Positions 34,321-42,615 of a DNA stretch of 54,304 bases are shown in pieces (the stretch's first letter is position 1; every line of letters starts with the position of its first letter). The position numbers and the translations under genes are program-made. The notes below the pieces were generated by a model. The model was not told the origin of the DNA, made no database searches, and saw nothing but the letters and a program-made list of their open reading frames with translations. The stretch is taken from positions 1 through 54,304 of the forward strand of contig JAFDET010000002.1 in assembly GCA_019310195.1 (NCBI GenBank), written 5' to 3'. The stretch comes from Deltaproteobacteria bacterium (GTDB lineage: Bacteria; Myxococcota_A; UBA9160; JAFDET01).

Positions 34321-34970
34321 GCCCGACCCTCGTCCCAGCCCAGACGCTCGAGCAGCGCGCGCGTGCGCTTGCCTCCGCCGCTCGAGGCCAGAAAGGCGTC
34401 CACGTCCTCGGCTCCATCCAGGTCCACCTGCAGCGAGGGGAGGGACAGCTCCCGCAGCGTTACGCCGGCCCGCTGGGCGGCCTCTCGGTGGCGCGCTGCG
34501 CTGTCGGGCCCGAAGGCGTTGGGGAAGGCATCGGGGGGCGAGCGCAGCAGGGCCGTGGTGCCGCCGTCGCCTGAGGGCGCCAGCACGGCCCAGGGCGGCT
34601 GCATGGCGCGGCCCGCGGCGAGCAGCGCGCCCAGGTCTGCGGGGGTCGCGCCGGCTACGTCGCCCAGCACGACCAGCAGGGCATCCAGGCCGCGAGCGGC
34701 GAGCCGCTCGGCGCCCACGGCCAGCGACGGGTTGAGTCCGGCGTCGTCCAGCAGCAGCGCCTCGGCTCCCTGGGCCTCGGCCACGCGAGCGGCCTCCGGG
34801 TCCTCGGTGACGACCGCCACCACGTCCAGCTCTGGCACCGCCAGCAGCGCCTCCAGCACGTCCTCGAGCATGGCGCGCGCCAGCCGCGGCAGGGCGTCGC
34901 CGGGCAGCGCCTCCCGCAGCCGCGACTTGGCGGCATCCAGACGCTTGACGGGAACCAGCGCGGCGATCAT
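34317..34970 (-). CDS. cofC: 2-phospho-L-lactate guanylyltransferase CofC/FbiD
   Basis: MIAALVPVKRLDAAKSRL.., ..PSGDGGTTALL... 4-nt overlaps with both neighbours. Confidence 0.8.
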   Translation of the reverse strand: MIAALVPVKRLDAAKSRLREALPGDALPRLARAMLEDVLEALLAVPELDVVAVVTEDPEAARVAEAQGAEALLLDDAGLNPSLAVGAERLAARGLDALLVVLGDVAGATPADLGALLAAGRAMQPPWAVLAPSGDGGTTALLRSPPDAFPNAFGPDSAARHREAAQRAGVTLRELSLPSLQVDLDGAEDVDAFLASSGGGKRTRALLERLGWDEGRA

Positions 34971-35923
34971 TGCAGCTCGCGGGCCAGGTCGAGCGCGGCC
35001 TGCGCCAGGCGCGCAGCCGCGTCGCGGTCGCGCATGATGGTGTCCACCGCCACGGCGCGCAGGCCCAGGGCCTCGACGTCGCCGGTCTGCTCCGCGTCGC
35101 GCCGGTCCAGGACGAAGCCGGAGACCCATTCCCGGTACAGACCGGCCACGCCCCGCGCCGAGACCTCGACGCCGATGCCTCGCAGCAGCCGGTCCGCGGG
35201 CCCCTTGATCGGAGCGCCGCCGACGATCGGGGAGACGGCCACGACCGGAGCCTTGGAGCGGGTCACGGCCTCGCGCACGCCCGGAACCTCCAGGATCGGG
35301 CCGATGGAGACCACCGGATTGCTGGGGCACACCAGCACCACGTCGGCGGCGTCCAGCAGCTCGCAGAGCCCCGGGGTTGGACGGGCGGCGCGGGCGGCCG
35401 ACAGGTCGACGCCGTGCACGTCGTCCGGCGCTCCGTCTCGGGCCAGGTACTCCTCGAAGTGCACGCGGCGATCGCCTCCGAGCTGGACGTAGGTCGGGCA
35501 AGGATCCTCGGACATGGGAACGATGCGCGCGTCGACGCCGTAGGCGCGGCGCACCTCGTCGGTGGCTGCGGCCAGCCCGGCGCCTTCCTGGAGCCGAAGC
35601 GTGCGGTGCAGGCAGGTGGCCAGGTCGCGGTCTCCCAGGCGGAACCAGGTCTCGTGGCCCAGGGCGCCCAGGGCGTCCACGGTGTGGAAGCTGTCGCCCT
35701 CCAGGCCGTAGCCGCGCTCGCGGTCCACGCGATCGGCCAGGGTGTAGGTGACGATGTCCAGGTCGGGCGACACGTGCACGCCGTAAAAGACGGCGTCGTC
35801 GCCCGTGTTCACCACGGCCGTGACCTGGCTCGGCGAGACCACCTCCACCAGCCCGCGCAGGAAGCGGGCGGCGCCCACACCTCCGGCCAGGGCCACCACG
35901 GAGACGGGTTCGGGCGAGGCCAC
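34967..35923 (-). CDS. cofD: 2-phospho-L-lactate transferase CofD/FbiA
   Basis: AGGAG Shine-Dalgarno plus GTG at 35923. VVALAGGVGAARFLRGL.., NTGDD.., ..CPSNPVVSIGPIL... Confidence 0.9.
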   Translation of the reverse strand: MASPEPVSVVALAGGVGAARFLRGLVEVVSPSQVTAVVNTGDDAVFYGVHVSPDLDIVTYTLADRVDRERGYGLEGDSFHTVDALGALGHETWFRLGDRDLATCLHRTLRLQEGAGLAAATDEVRRAYGVDARIVPMSEDPCPTYVQLGGDRRVHFEEYLARDGAPDDVHGVDLSAARAARPTPGLCELLDAADVVLVCPSNPVVSIGPILEVPGVREAVTRSKAPVVAVSPIVGGAPIKGPADRLLRGIGVEVSARGVAGLYREWVSGFVLDRRDAEQTGDVEALGLRAVAVDTIMRDRDAAARLAQAALDLARELQ

Positions 35924-35933
35924 GCGCAGGCTC

Positions 35934-36743
35934 CTAGTTGGCCTGCTCGAGCGCGCGGCGCTCGGCACGCAGCGCGGCAATCTGCCCCTGCAGCTCCGGG
36001 AAGCGGCGTGCCAGCTCCTCGAGCTCGGGCACTCCGTAGAGCGGCGCCGGCTGTCCGTCCACTTCCTTGGCCACGCTGATCAGCTCCTTGAGGCGCCGCT
36101 CCTCCTTGGCCAACTCCACCTCCAGTCCCGCGATCTGCTGATCCAGCTCGTTGCGGCGGGCCAGCATGGCCGGATCCAGCGTGGCCGGCTCGCCGTCGAT
36201 CAGCGGCTCTTCGCCGTCGCGGAAGTCGCCTTCGCGCACGCTGCCACCTTCCGGCTCCGATCCCGCATCCTGCACCGAGTAGATGTCGGAGCGGGTCGGC
36301 GGTCCGGTCAGCGGCGGGTACGGTGCCGGGCTGGTGGTTCCGGTTGCGGCCCCGGCGGCCGCGGCTCCGGCCGCAACCGTTGCCGTTCCGGCGGCAGCGC
36401 CTGTGGGCGGCGCGGTGCCGGTGAAGGTGTCCGCGGCCGACGCGGTCCCTGCGGGCGCACCCGCGTTCGGCGCAGGGGTAGCGCCTGCCACCCCGGTGGC
36501 GGGGGGAGCCGGAGCCGGCGGCGGCGGCGGGATTGCCTGCTCGGCTCGAATCTCGTCGACGTCGCGGATCTTGTTGCGCAGGTTCTTGGGGACTCGCTTC
36601 CGGTCCGTGGTGTAGTGGGCGATCCCGTTCTCATCGACCCACTTGTAGATGGTGGGGCGTTCGGTTTCTTCCTCCGCCGCGTGGCTGGCGCCGGCGCAGA
36701 GGAGCGGGATCGCAAGCGCCGCCGCGGCGCCCAGCCTTCGCAT
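35934..36743 (-). CDS. DUF4124-like secreted protein with Pro/Ala-rich linker and C-terminal coiled coil
   Basis: Signal peptide MRRLGAAAALAIPLLCAGASHA. IYKWVDENGIAHYTTD motif. Confidence 0.7.
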   Translation of the reverse strand: MRRLGAAAALAIPLLCAGASHAAEEETERPTIYKWVDENGIAHYTTDRKRVPKNLRNKIRDVDEIRAEQAIPPPPPAPAPPATGVAGATPAPNAGAPAGTASAADTFTGTAPPTGAAAGTATVAAGAAAAGAATGTTSPAPYPPLTGPPTRSDIYSVQDAGSEPEGGSVREGDFRDGEEPLIDGEPATLDPAMLARRNELDQQIAGLEVELAKEERRLKELISVAKEVDGQPAPLYGVPELEELARRFPELQGQIAALRAERRALEQAN

Positions 36744-36907
36744 GCGCCGGAGTGTCGAGAACGCCCCTGGGAAGGTCAAGCGGCGTCGACGGGTCTCGCG
36801 TGGTCGAGCGTTCCCGTCGGGGGAAGGCGGATTCTTCACATCCAGGGCCTGTGGTGCTCGCTGCGGCCGCAGCAGCGGCGGCACGCCGCTTGCTCTGTGC
36901 GTCCCAC

Positions 36908-38446
36908 GTGACGCGCGCATCCTGGAAAGATCGGATCCTGCTGGGCATCGTTCTTGCCGCATCGGCTGTGCCGGCCGCGGCCGAGGGCCCGCGCTCCTGG
37001 CAGCGCGTCGAGGGGCCGGCACGCAGCGCACCGCTGACGGCGCTGGCCGTCGACGGAAGCGGGCATCTGGCGGTGGCCGCCGAAGGCCGCGTCTGGGTGC
37101 GCGGCGCCGCGGGCTGGCGCAGCCAGGCGGTTCGCGGCCCGCTGAGCGATCTGGCATTCGACGGCGGAGCGCTCTGGATCGCCGGCGAGCAGGGCGTCTG
37201 GTGGCTCTCCGAGGACGCGCGCCTGGAGCCCCGGCACCCCGGGGCAGGCGAGCGCGACCGCCGTGTGGCGAGGATCGCGGCGCTCGCCGGCCTGGTGGCG
37301 GCAGCGGGGGATGGCGGCGTCTTCGCGCGGGCGCCGGGCGGGCCGTGGCAGGCTTTGCGCGAGGGCATTCCCTCACGCCCGGCGACGGCCATTTTTCTCA
37401 GGAAATCAGTCATTTCGGAGGGAACCTTCGAGGTCTGGTCGAGTGTCGATGGGAGGCTGTACCGCGCGGTGCTGAGCGCGGATGGCGAGACTCTGGAGGC
37501 CACCCCCTGGCAGCGGGTCGCACTCGACGGCCCCGGTGGAGGCGCGATTCGCGATCTCGCCGAGGGGCCCGGCGGCAGCCTGGTGGCGCTGGGCGCGGGC
37601 TGGCTCGCCGGTGAGGTTCCCGATGCCGCCTGGACCCGCCACAGGCTCGTGCTGCCGCCCGGGGCCGAAGCCCGGCGCGTCCGCTTCGCCGCTGGAGGCT
37701 GGTTTCTCGCCAGCGATCGCGGCGTGCTGCTGGGGCGCCCGCCCGAGACGTCGCTGCACCGCGCCGAGCCGCCGGTCGGCCGCGCAGCGGCGCTGGCGGT
37801 CGAGGCGGCGGGGAGCGTCGTGTACGCGGCCACCGAGGAGGGGCTCTTCGAGTCGTGGCCGGAACGCAGCGCACCCGCCGCCGAGCTGCAGCTCCCGCCC
37901 GAGCGGATCCGGGACGATCCGGCGGTGGGCGTCGTTCAGCGCGCGGCGCTGATCTACCTGGGTCTGGGGCCCGCGCGGATGCGCGATCTGCGCCGACGCG
38001 TCGACCGGCGTGGCTGGCTGCCGCGGGTCGATCTGCGCGCGGGCGCCGGGCTGCAGCGGGATCGCAGCCGCGACTTCGATCAATCGTTCGTGTCCGGGGC
38101 GCTGCGCGAGCTGCTGGACGAAGAGCTCGAGCGGCGCCACGACGCCTCCTTGAGCCTCACCCTTTCGTGGGATCTGGGCGACGGCGTCTTCGACCCGGAG
38201 GTCATCGATCTGTCCCGAGAGGCCCGCGCCGTGATCGAGCTGCGCGACGACGTCCTGGACGAGATCAACCGCCTCTACTTCGAGCGGCGCCGGACCCTGG
38301 TCTCGCTGTCCGGCCTGGACCCGGGCGACGGCGCCGAGGCGATCCGCCTGCGCCTGCGGGCCGACGAGCTCGCGGCCGGCCTCGACTCCTGGACGGGCGG
38401 CTGGTTCAGCCGCCACACGCCGCGACTCGCGTCCGCCCTGCCATGA
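36908..38446 (+). CDS. secreted hypothetical protein (beta-propeller-like N-terminal half, conserved-looking C-terminal domain)
   Basis: GTG at 36908 gives the signal-like WKDRILLGIVLAASAVPAAAEG. Repeated G-x-(V/L)-(W/F/Y) blades seen by eye. No family assigned. Confidence 0.55.
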   Translation: MTRASWKDRILLGIVLAASAVPAAAEGPRSWQRVEGPARSAPLTALAVDGSGHLAVAAEGRVWVRGAAGWRSQAVRGPLSDLAFDGGALWIAGEQGVWWLSEDARLEPRHPGAGERDRRVARIAALAGLVAAAGDGGVFARAPGGPWQALREGIPSRPATAIFLRKSVISEGTFEVWSSVDGRLYRAVLSADGETLEATPWQRVALDGPGGGAIRDLAEGPGGSLVALGAGWLAGEVPDAAWTRHRLVLPPGAEARRVRFAAGGWFLASDRGVLLGRPPETSLHRAEPPVGRAAALAVEAAGSVVYAATEEGLFESWPERSAPAAELQLPPERIRDDPAVGVVQRAALIYLGLGPARMRDLRRRVDRRGWLPRVDLRAGAGLQRDRSRDFDQSFVSGALRELLDEELERRHDASLSLTLSWDLGDGVFDPEVIDLSREARAVIELRDDVLDEINRLYFERRRTLVSLSGLDPGDGAEAIRLRLRADELAAGLDSWTGGWFSRHTPRLASALP

Positions 38447-38472
38447 AGCACTCACCCCACAAGGAGGAAACC

Positions 38473-39099
38473 ATGCACAGTCTGACCCTCGCCGCGGCCC
38501 TGATCGCGGTCTTCGCCGGCGCGCCGGCCGCGGCCGCGCTGCCGCTCATCTCCGAGGTCTTCTACGACGCCACCGGTTCCGACGACGGTCTCACCTTCGT
38601 GGAGCTGGCCGGCACGCCCGGCGGCACCCTGGAGGGGCTGGTCCTCGAAGGGGTGAACGGGGCCGATGGCGCCGTGGGCCCAAGCCTGGCTCTCAGCGGC
38701 ACGTTCCCGGCCGATGGGCTCTTCGTGCTGGCCGACGAGCTCTCGGGAGGGGGCACCTCGGTCATCGACGCGGATCTGGTGGCCCCATTCGAGCTCCAGA
38801 ACGGACCGGACTCGGTGGTGCTGCGCCAGGGAGCCAACATCCTGGACGCGGTCGGCTACGGGGTCTTCGGCGCCGGGGACGTCTTTGCCGGGGAGGGGAC
38901 ACCGGCGCCGGATGCGCCGGGCGGCTCCAGCCTGGTGCGGCGCCTCGCCGACGTGGACACGGACGACAACGCCGCCGACTTCGAGGTGCACGCGCTGCCG
39001 ACGCCCGGCAGTGCGGTCCGCTCCGTGCCCGAGCCCGGCGCGGTCTGGCTGTGCGCCGTGGGCCTGGTGGCCCTGGCCCGAGCCCGGCCCCGGCTCTAG
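38473..39099 (+). CDS. lamin-tail-domain (LTD) protein with PEP-CTERM sorting signal
   Basis: Perfect AAGGAGG 5 nt upstream of the ATG at 38473. LISEVFYDATGSDDGLTFVEL..NAADFEV (LTD). C-terminus VPEPGAVWLCAVGLVALARARPRL. Confidence 0.8.
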   Translation: MHSLTLAAALIAVFAGAPAAAALPLISEVFYDATGSDDGLTFVELAGTPGGTLEGLVLEGVNGADGAVGPSLALSGTFPADGLFVLADELSGGGTSVIDADLVAPFELQNGPDSVVLRQGANILDAVGYGVFGAGDVFAGEGTPAPDAPGGSSLVRRLADVDTDDNAADFEVHALPTPGSAVRSVPEPGAVWLCAVGLVALARARPRL

Positions 39100-39110
39100 C
39101 TCGGGCCGTC

Positions 39111-39131
39111 ACCCCCGGGAAGCCGGGGTTT
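39111..39131 (+). terminator. candidate intrinsic terminator after the LTD/PEP-CTERM gene
   Basis: CCCCGG-GAAG-CCGGGG followed by TTT. Confidence 0.35.
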
Positions 39132-39288
39132 CAGGAGCGGCCGGGTTTCGCCGATAACGCCGTCCGGCGGGCGGACCCGGTGAAACCCGAGCCGCGCCGG
39201 GGCCCGAACGCGCTCTCTTGCTTGCGCGCGTCGGGACCCTCGCGCACACTCGGCGCCACCGCGTCCGCTCGGGGGGGACGGACCCGGC

Positions 39289-39762
39289 ATGCTGTCCGGC
39301 TTCAATACGAATATCCGACACCGCGACGTGCTGTTTCACGCGCAGACCGAGGACAGCGGTGTCCGGAACCCGCACATCATCACGCACCTGTATCACCACG
39401 GGACCATCCTGGCGTCTCAGAAGAGCCAGTACTCGCATCTGCTGGACTCGGCGGACCTCGAGGCCGAGGTGAAGAGCCTGATGGAAGCCCAGCACAAGTC
39501 GATGCTGAAGAAGCTGCGCGCCGGCGGCTTCGACTCGGTGATCGACGAGCGCCTGGGCCACCTGTTGCCGGGGCTCGACGAGACGGGTGCGACCACCCAT
39601 CCGGAAACGCCCCCGGTGACGCCGGAGCCCACGCCGATGCCCGAGGAGGCGGTCGAGGGGCGCTCGTTCGGCCAGGGCATCGTCACCGAGAAGCCCCTGG
39701 ACGAGGTCGTTCTCGAGTACCTGGTGGACGCGGCGCGCAAGCGCAAGCGCCCCGGCCGGTGA
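39289..39762 (+). CDS. hypothetical protein upstream of ftsEX
   Basis: 157-aa ORF. N-terminus MLSGFNTNIRHRDVLFHAQTEDSGVRNPHIITHLYHHGTILAS. Pro/Glu-rich tail. No family recognised. Confidence 0.6.
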   Translation: MLSGFNTNIRHRDVLFHAQTEDSGVRNPHIITHLYHHGTILASQKSQYSHLLDSADLEAEVKSLMEAQHKSMLKKLRAGGFDSVIDERLGHLLPGLDETGATTHPETPPVTPEPTPMPEEAVEGRSFGQGIVTEKPLDEVVLEYLVDAARKRKRPGR

Positions 39763-39769
39763 CCCGCGC

Positions 39770-40489
39770 GTGACGAGCCCCGCCGGCGATGCGCCCCGCC
39801 GCGATGCGCTCGTCCAGATGTATCACGTCTCCAAGTCCTACCTGCCGGGCACCTTCGCGCTGCGCGACGTCACCCTGGAGGTGCACAAGGGCGAGTTCGT
39901 CTTCCTGACCGGGCCCAGCGGCGCCGGCAAGACCACGCTGCTCAAGCTGCTGTTCGCCGCCGAGCAGCCCAGCGAGGGCCAGATCGTGCTGCGCGGTCGC
40001 AACATCGCCAGGCTGCGCGACTCGGCGATCCCCGGGCTGCGCCGACGCATCGGGGTCGTGTTCCAGGATTTCAAGCTTCTCACGCGCCGCAGCGTGGAGG
40101 ACAACGTGGCCATCGCCCTCGAGGTGCTGGGCCGCCATCCGCGCGAGATTCGCCGCCGCACCTTCGGGCTGCTCAAGCAGGTGGGGCTCCAACACCGCCG
40201 CCACCATCTGCCGCTCTCCCTCTCGGGCGGGGAACAGCAGCGCATCGCCTTGGCCCGGGCGCTGGCCGGCGAGCCCGAGCTGCTGCTCGCCGACGAGCCC
40301 ACCGGCAACCTGGATCCCGATCTCACCCTGGAGATCATGGACCTGATCGCCCATGCCTCGGCCCGGGGCACGACGGTGATCGTGGCCACCCACGACCACT
40401 CGCTGGTGGAGCGCTACGGCCGGCGCACGCTCCACCTGGAGGGGGGCCGTGTGAAGGAAGACGCCGCAGCGGCCGGTCCGCGCCGGTGA
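39770..40489 (+). CDS. ftsE: cell division ATP-binding protein FtsE
   Basis: GPSGAGKTTLLK, LSGGEQQRIALARAL, LLLADEPTGNLD. Confidence 0.9.
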   Translation: MTSPAGDAPRRDALVQMYHVSKSYLPGTFALRDVTLEVHKGEFVFLTGPSGAGKTTLLKLLFAAEQPSEGQIVLRGRNIARLRDSAIPGLRRRIGVVFQDFKLLTRRSVEDNVAIALEVLGRHPREIRRRTFGLLKQVGLQHRRHHLPLSLSGGEQQRIALARALAGEPELLLADEPTGNLDPDLTLEIMDLIAHASARGTTVIVATHDHSLVERYGRRTLHLEGGRVKEDAAAAGPRR

Positions 40490-41391
40490 GCCGCCTCGCT
40501 GCGGACCTGCGCTACTTCACGCGCACCTCGCTCTCGGGCCTGCGCACCAGCACGGTCACCAGCGTCGTCTCCGCCACCACCATCGGGGTGGCGCTGGTGC
40601 TGGTGGGCGCCTTCGTGCTGCTGCTGCGCAACATGGAGGGCCTGCTGGACAGCTTCGGCGACGACCTGCGCGTCACCGCCTACCTGGAGGACGCGCTCGA
40701 GCCGTCGGCCCACGCCGCGCTGGCGGATCGCGTCTCCACCATCGAGGGCGTCCAGGAGGTCGAGGTGGTCAGCAAGGAGGAGGCGCTGCGGCGCTTCCAG
40801 GAGGGCGTGGGTCGCACCACGGGCCTGCTGGCCGCCCTGGAGGAGAACCCGCTGCCCGCCTCGCTGGAGATCAGCCTGAACGATGCGCGGCGCACGCCCG
40901 AGGGCCTGCGCGTGGTGGTGGAGGCGCTGGACGGCCTGCCCGGTGTGGCCGACCTGGCCTACGGCCAGGAGTGGGTGGAGGGCTATGCGCGGGTGGTGGG
41001 TCTGGTGCGCGGCGTCGCGCTGGGCGTGGGCTGCGTGCTCGCCCTGGCCACGCTGCTGATCGTCGCCAACACGATCCGACTGGCGGTCTACGCGCGCCGC
41101 GACGAGCTGGAGATCCTCTCGCTGGTGGGTGCCAGCCGCCCCTTCATCGCAACCCCGTTCCTGGTGGAAGGCGCGATCCAGGGCGCGCTGGGCGGCGTTC
41201 TGGCGGTGGCGGCCCTGTATGTGCTCTTCCGCGTGGCGTTGCCCGAGATCGAGGCGGGGCTCACCGTCCTGCTCGGCTTCGCCGAGCCCCGCTTCCTGGA
41301 TTTCCGCAGCGTGCTCAGCCTGATCGGCGCCGGCGCGCTCCTGGGCCTGGTGGGCTCCGCGGTGGCGGTGATGCAGGGGCTGCGCAAGTGA
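40486..41391 (+). CDS. ftsX: cell division permease-like protein FtsX
   Basis: GTGA overlap with ftsE. TM1, periplasmic domain and three C-terminal TM segments, matching FtsX topology. Confidence 0.85.
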   Translation: MSRLAADLRYFTRTSLSGLRTSTVTSVVSATTIGVALVLVGAFVLLLRNMEGLLDSFGDDLRVTAYLEDALEPSAHAALADRVSTIEGVQEVEVVSKEEALRRFQEGVGRTTGLLAALEENPLPASLEISLNDARRTPEGLRVVVEALDGLPGVADLAYGQEWVEGYARVVGLVRGVALGVGCVLALATLLIVANTIRLAVYARRDELEILSLVGASRPFIATPFLVEGAIQGALGGVLAVAALYVLFRVALPEIEAGLTVLLGFAEPRFLDFRSVLSLIGAGALLGLVGSAVAVMQGLRK

Positions 41392-42548
41392 GCCTGCGTC
41401 TGTTGGTGGCGTTGCTGGCGCTGGGGCTGGCGCCGGCGCCCGTGGCGCGGTCCGGCGATGTGGACGACGAGCGCACGCGCGAGCTGGAGGAGGTGCGGCG
41501 CGCCATCGAGCAGCGCCGCGAGCGCGTCGAGGCGTTCGAGCGCCGGGAGCGCGGCCTGCTGGACACCCTGGAGGAGGTCGACCGCGCGGCGTCGCGGATT
41601 TCGCGCGAGGCCAGGGTCGCACGCCGCCGGGCCGTCGAAGCTCGGGCCCAGCTCGCCGCGCTGGAAGGGCGCGAGGAGGAGATCGCCGCACGCCAGGCGC
41701 GCACCCGCAGCGCCATGTCCGCACGGGCGGTGGCCCTCTACAAGACCGGCGACGCCGGTCCGGTGACGGCCCTGTTCTCGGCGGGCAACCTGCAGGAGTT
41801 CCTGGCCCGCAGCCGTGCCCTGCGCCTGCTGCTGGATCACGACCGGACGCTGCTGGAGCGCTACGCCTCCGACGCCGATGCGCTGGTGAGCACCCGTCGG
41901 GAGACCCGGGTCGCGGCCGCCGAGAACGAGCGCGCGTCGGCCGTGGCTGCGGCGCGGGCCCAGGAGCTGGCCGCCGAGCACGACAGCAAGCGACTGATCT
42001 TGGGCCAGGTGCGCCAGGACCGGGCCAGCGAGCGCGCTGCGCTCCAGGAGCTGGAGGCCGCGGCCCTGGCGCTGGAAGAGACGCTGGAACGCCTGCGCGG
42101 CCGGGATCGCGGCGGCCGGGGCACGTCGAACGCCGAGCCCTTCGCGTCGCGGCAGGGCCGCCTGGGGCTGCCCGTGGTCGCGCCGGTCGCGCGCGGCTTC
42201 GGCCGCGTGGTCGATGACGAGTTCCGAACCGAGACCTTCCGCAAGGGCGTCGACTTCGCGGCAGCGGCCGGGGCGCCGGTACGTGCCGTGGCTCCGGGCG
42301 AGGTGCGCTTCGCGGGCTGGTTCCGCGGCTACGGGCGGATCGTGATCCTCGATCACGGCGACGGCTACTTCACGGTCTCGGGCCATCTGGACGCCGTAGA
42401 CGTCGCGGTGGGCGATATGGTGGGCGAGGGGGACGACCTGGGCACGGTGGGGGAGACCGGCTCGCTGTCCGGCCCGCGGCTCTACTTCGAGATCCGGCAG
42501 GGCGCGGAGCCCCTGGACCCGGCCGACTGGCTGGAAAGCGCCCCATAA
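41388..42548 (+). CDS. EnvC-like murein hydrolase activator (coiled coil plus M23/LytM domain)
   Basis: GTGA overlap. Signal peptide, long Arg/Glu/Ala coiled coil, and C-terminal GVDFAAAAGAPVRAVAPGEVRFAG..GRIVILDHGDGYFTVSGHL. Confidence 0.85.
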   Translation: MSLRLLVALLALGLAPAPVARSGDVDDERTRELEEVRRAIEQRRERVEAFERRERGLLDTLEEVDRAASRISREARVARRRAVEARAQLAALEGREEEIAARQARTRSAMSARAVALYKTGDAGPVTALFSAGNLQEFLARSRALRLLLDHDRTLLERYASDADALVSTRRETRVAAAENERASAVAAARAQELAAEHDSKRLILGQVRQDRASERAALQELEAAALALEETLERLRGRDRGGRGTSNAEPFASRQGRLGLPVVAPVARGFGRVVDDEFRTETFRKGVDFAAAAGAPVRAVAPGEVRFAGWFRGYGRIVILDHGDGYFTVSGHLDAVDVAVGDMVGEGDDLGTVGETGSLSGPRLYFEIRQGAEPLDPADWLESAP

Positions 42549-42615
42549 GGCAAAATCAGTGCGATCAAGGGCTTGCCGCGGAGGGCCGATTCCTCCAACG
42601 AGCCCGGGGAGATCC

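Noticed and set aside
38443-38472. Upstream ATG (ATGA overlap with the preceding gene) as the start of the LTD/PEP-CTERM gene.
   Set aside because: The in-frame ATG at 38473 has a perfect AAGGAGG 5 nt upstream and gives a standard signal peptide (MHSLTLAAALIAVFAGAPAAAA). The 10 extra residues (MKHSPHKEET) look like leader sequence.
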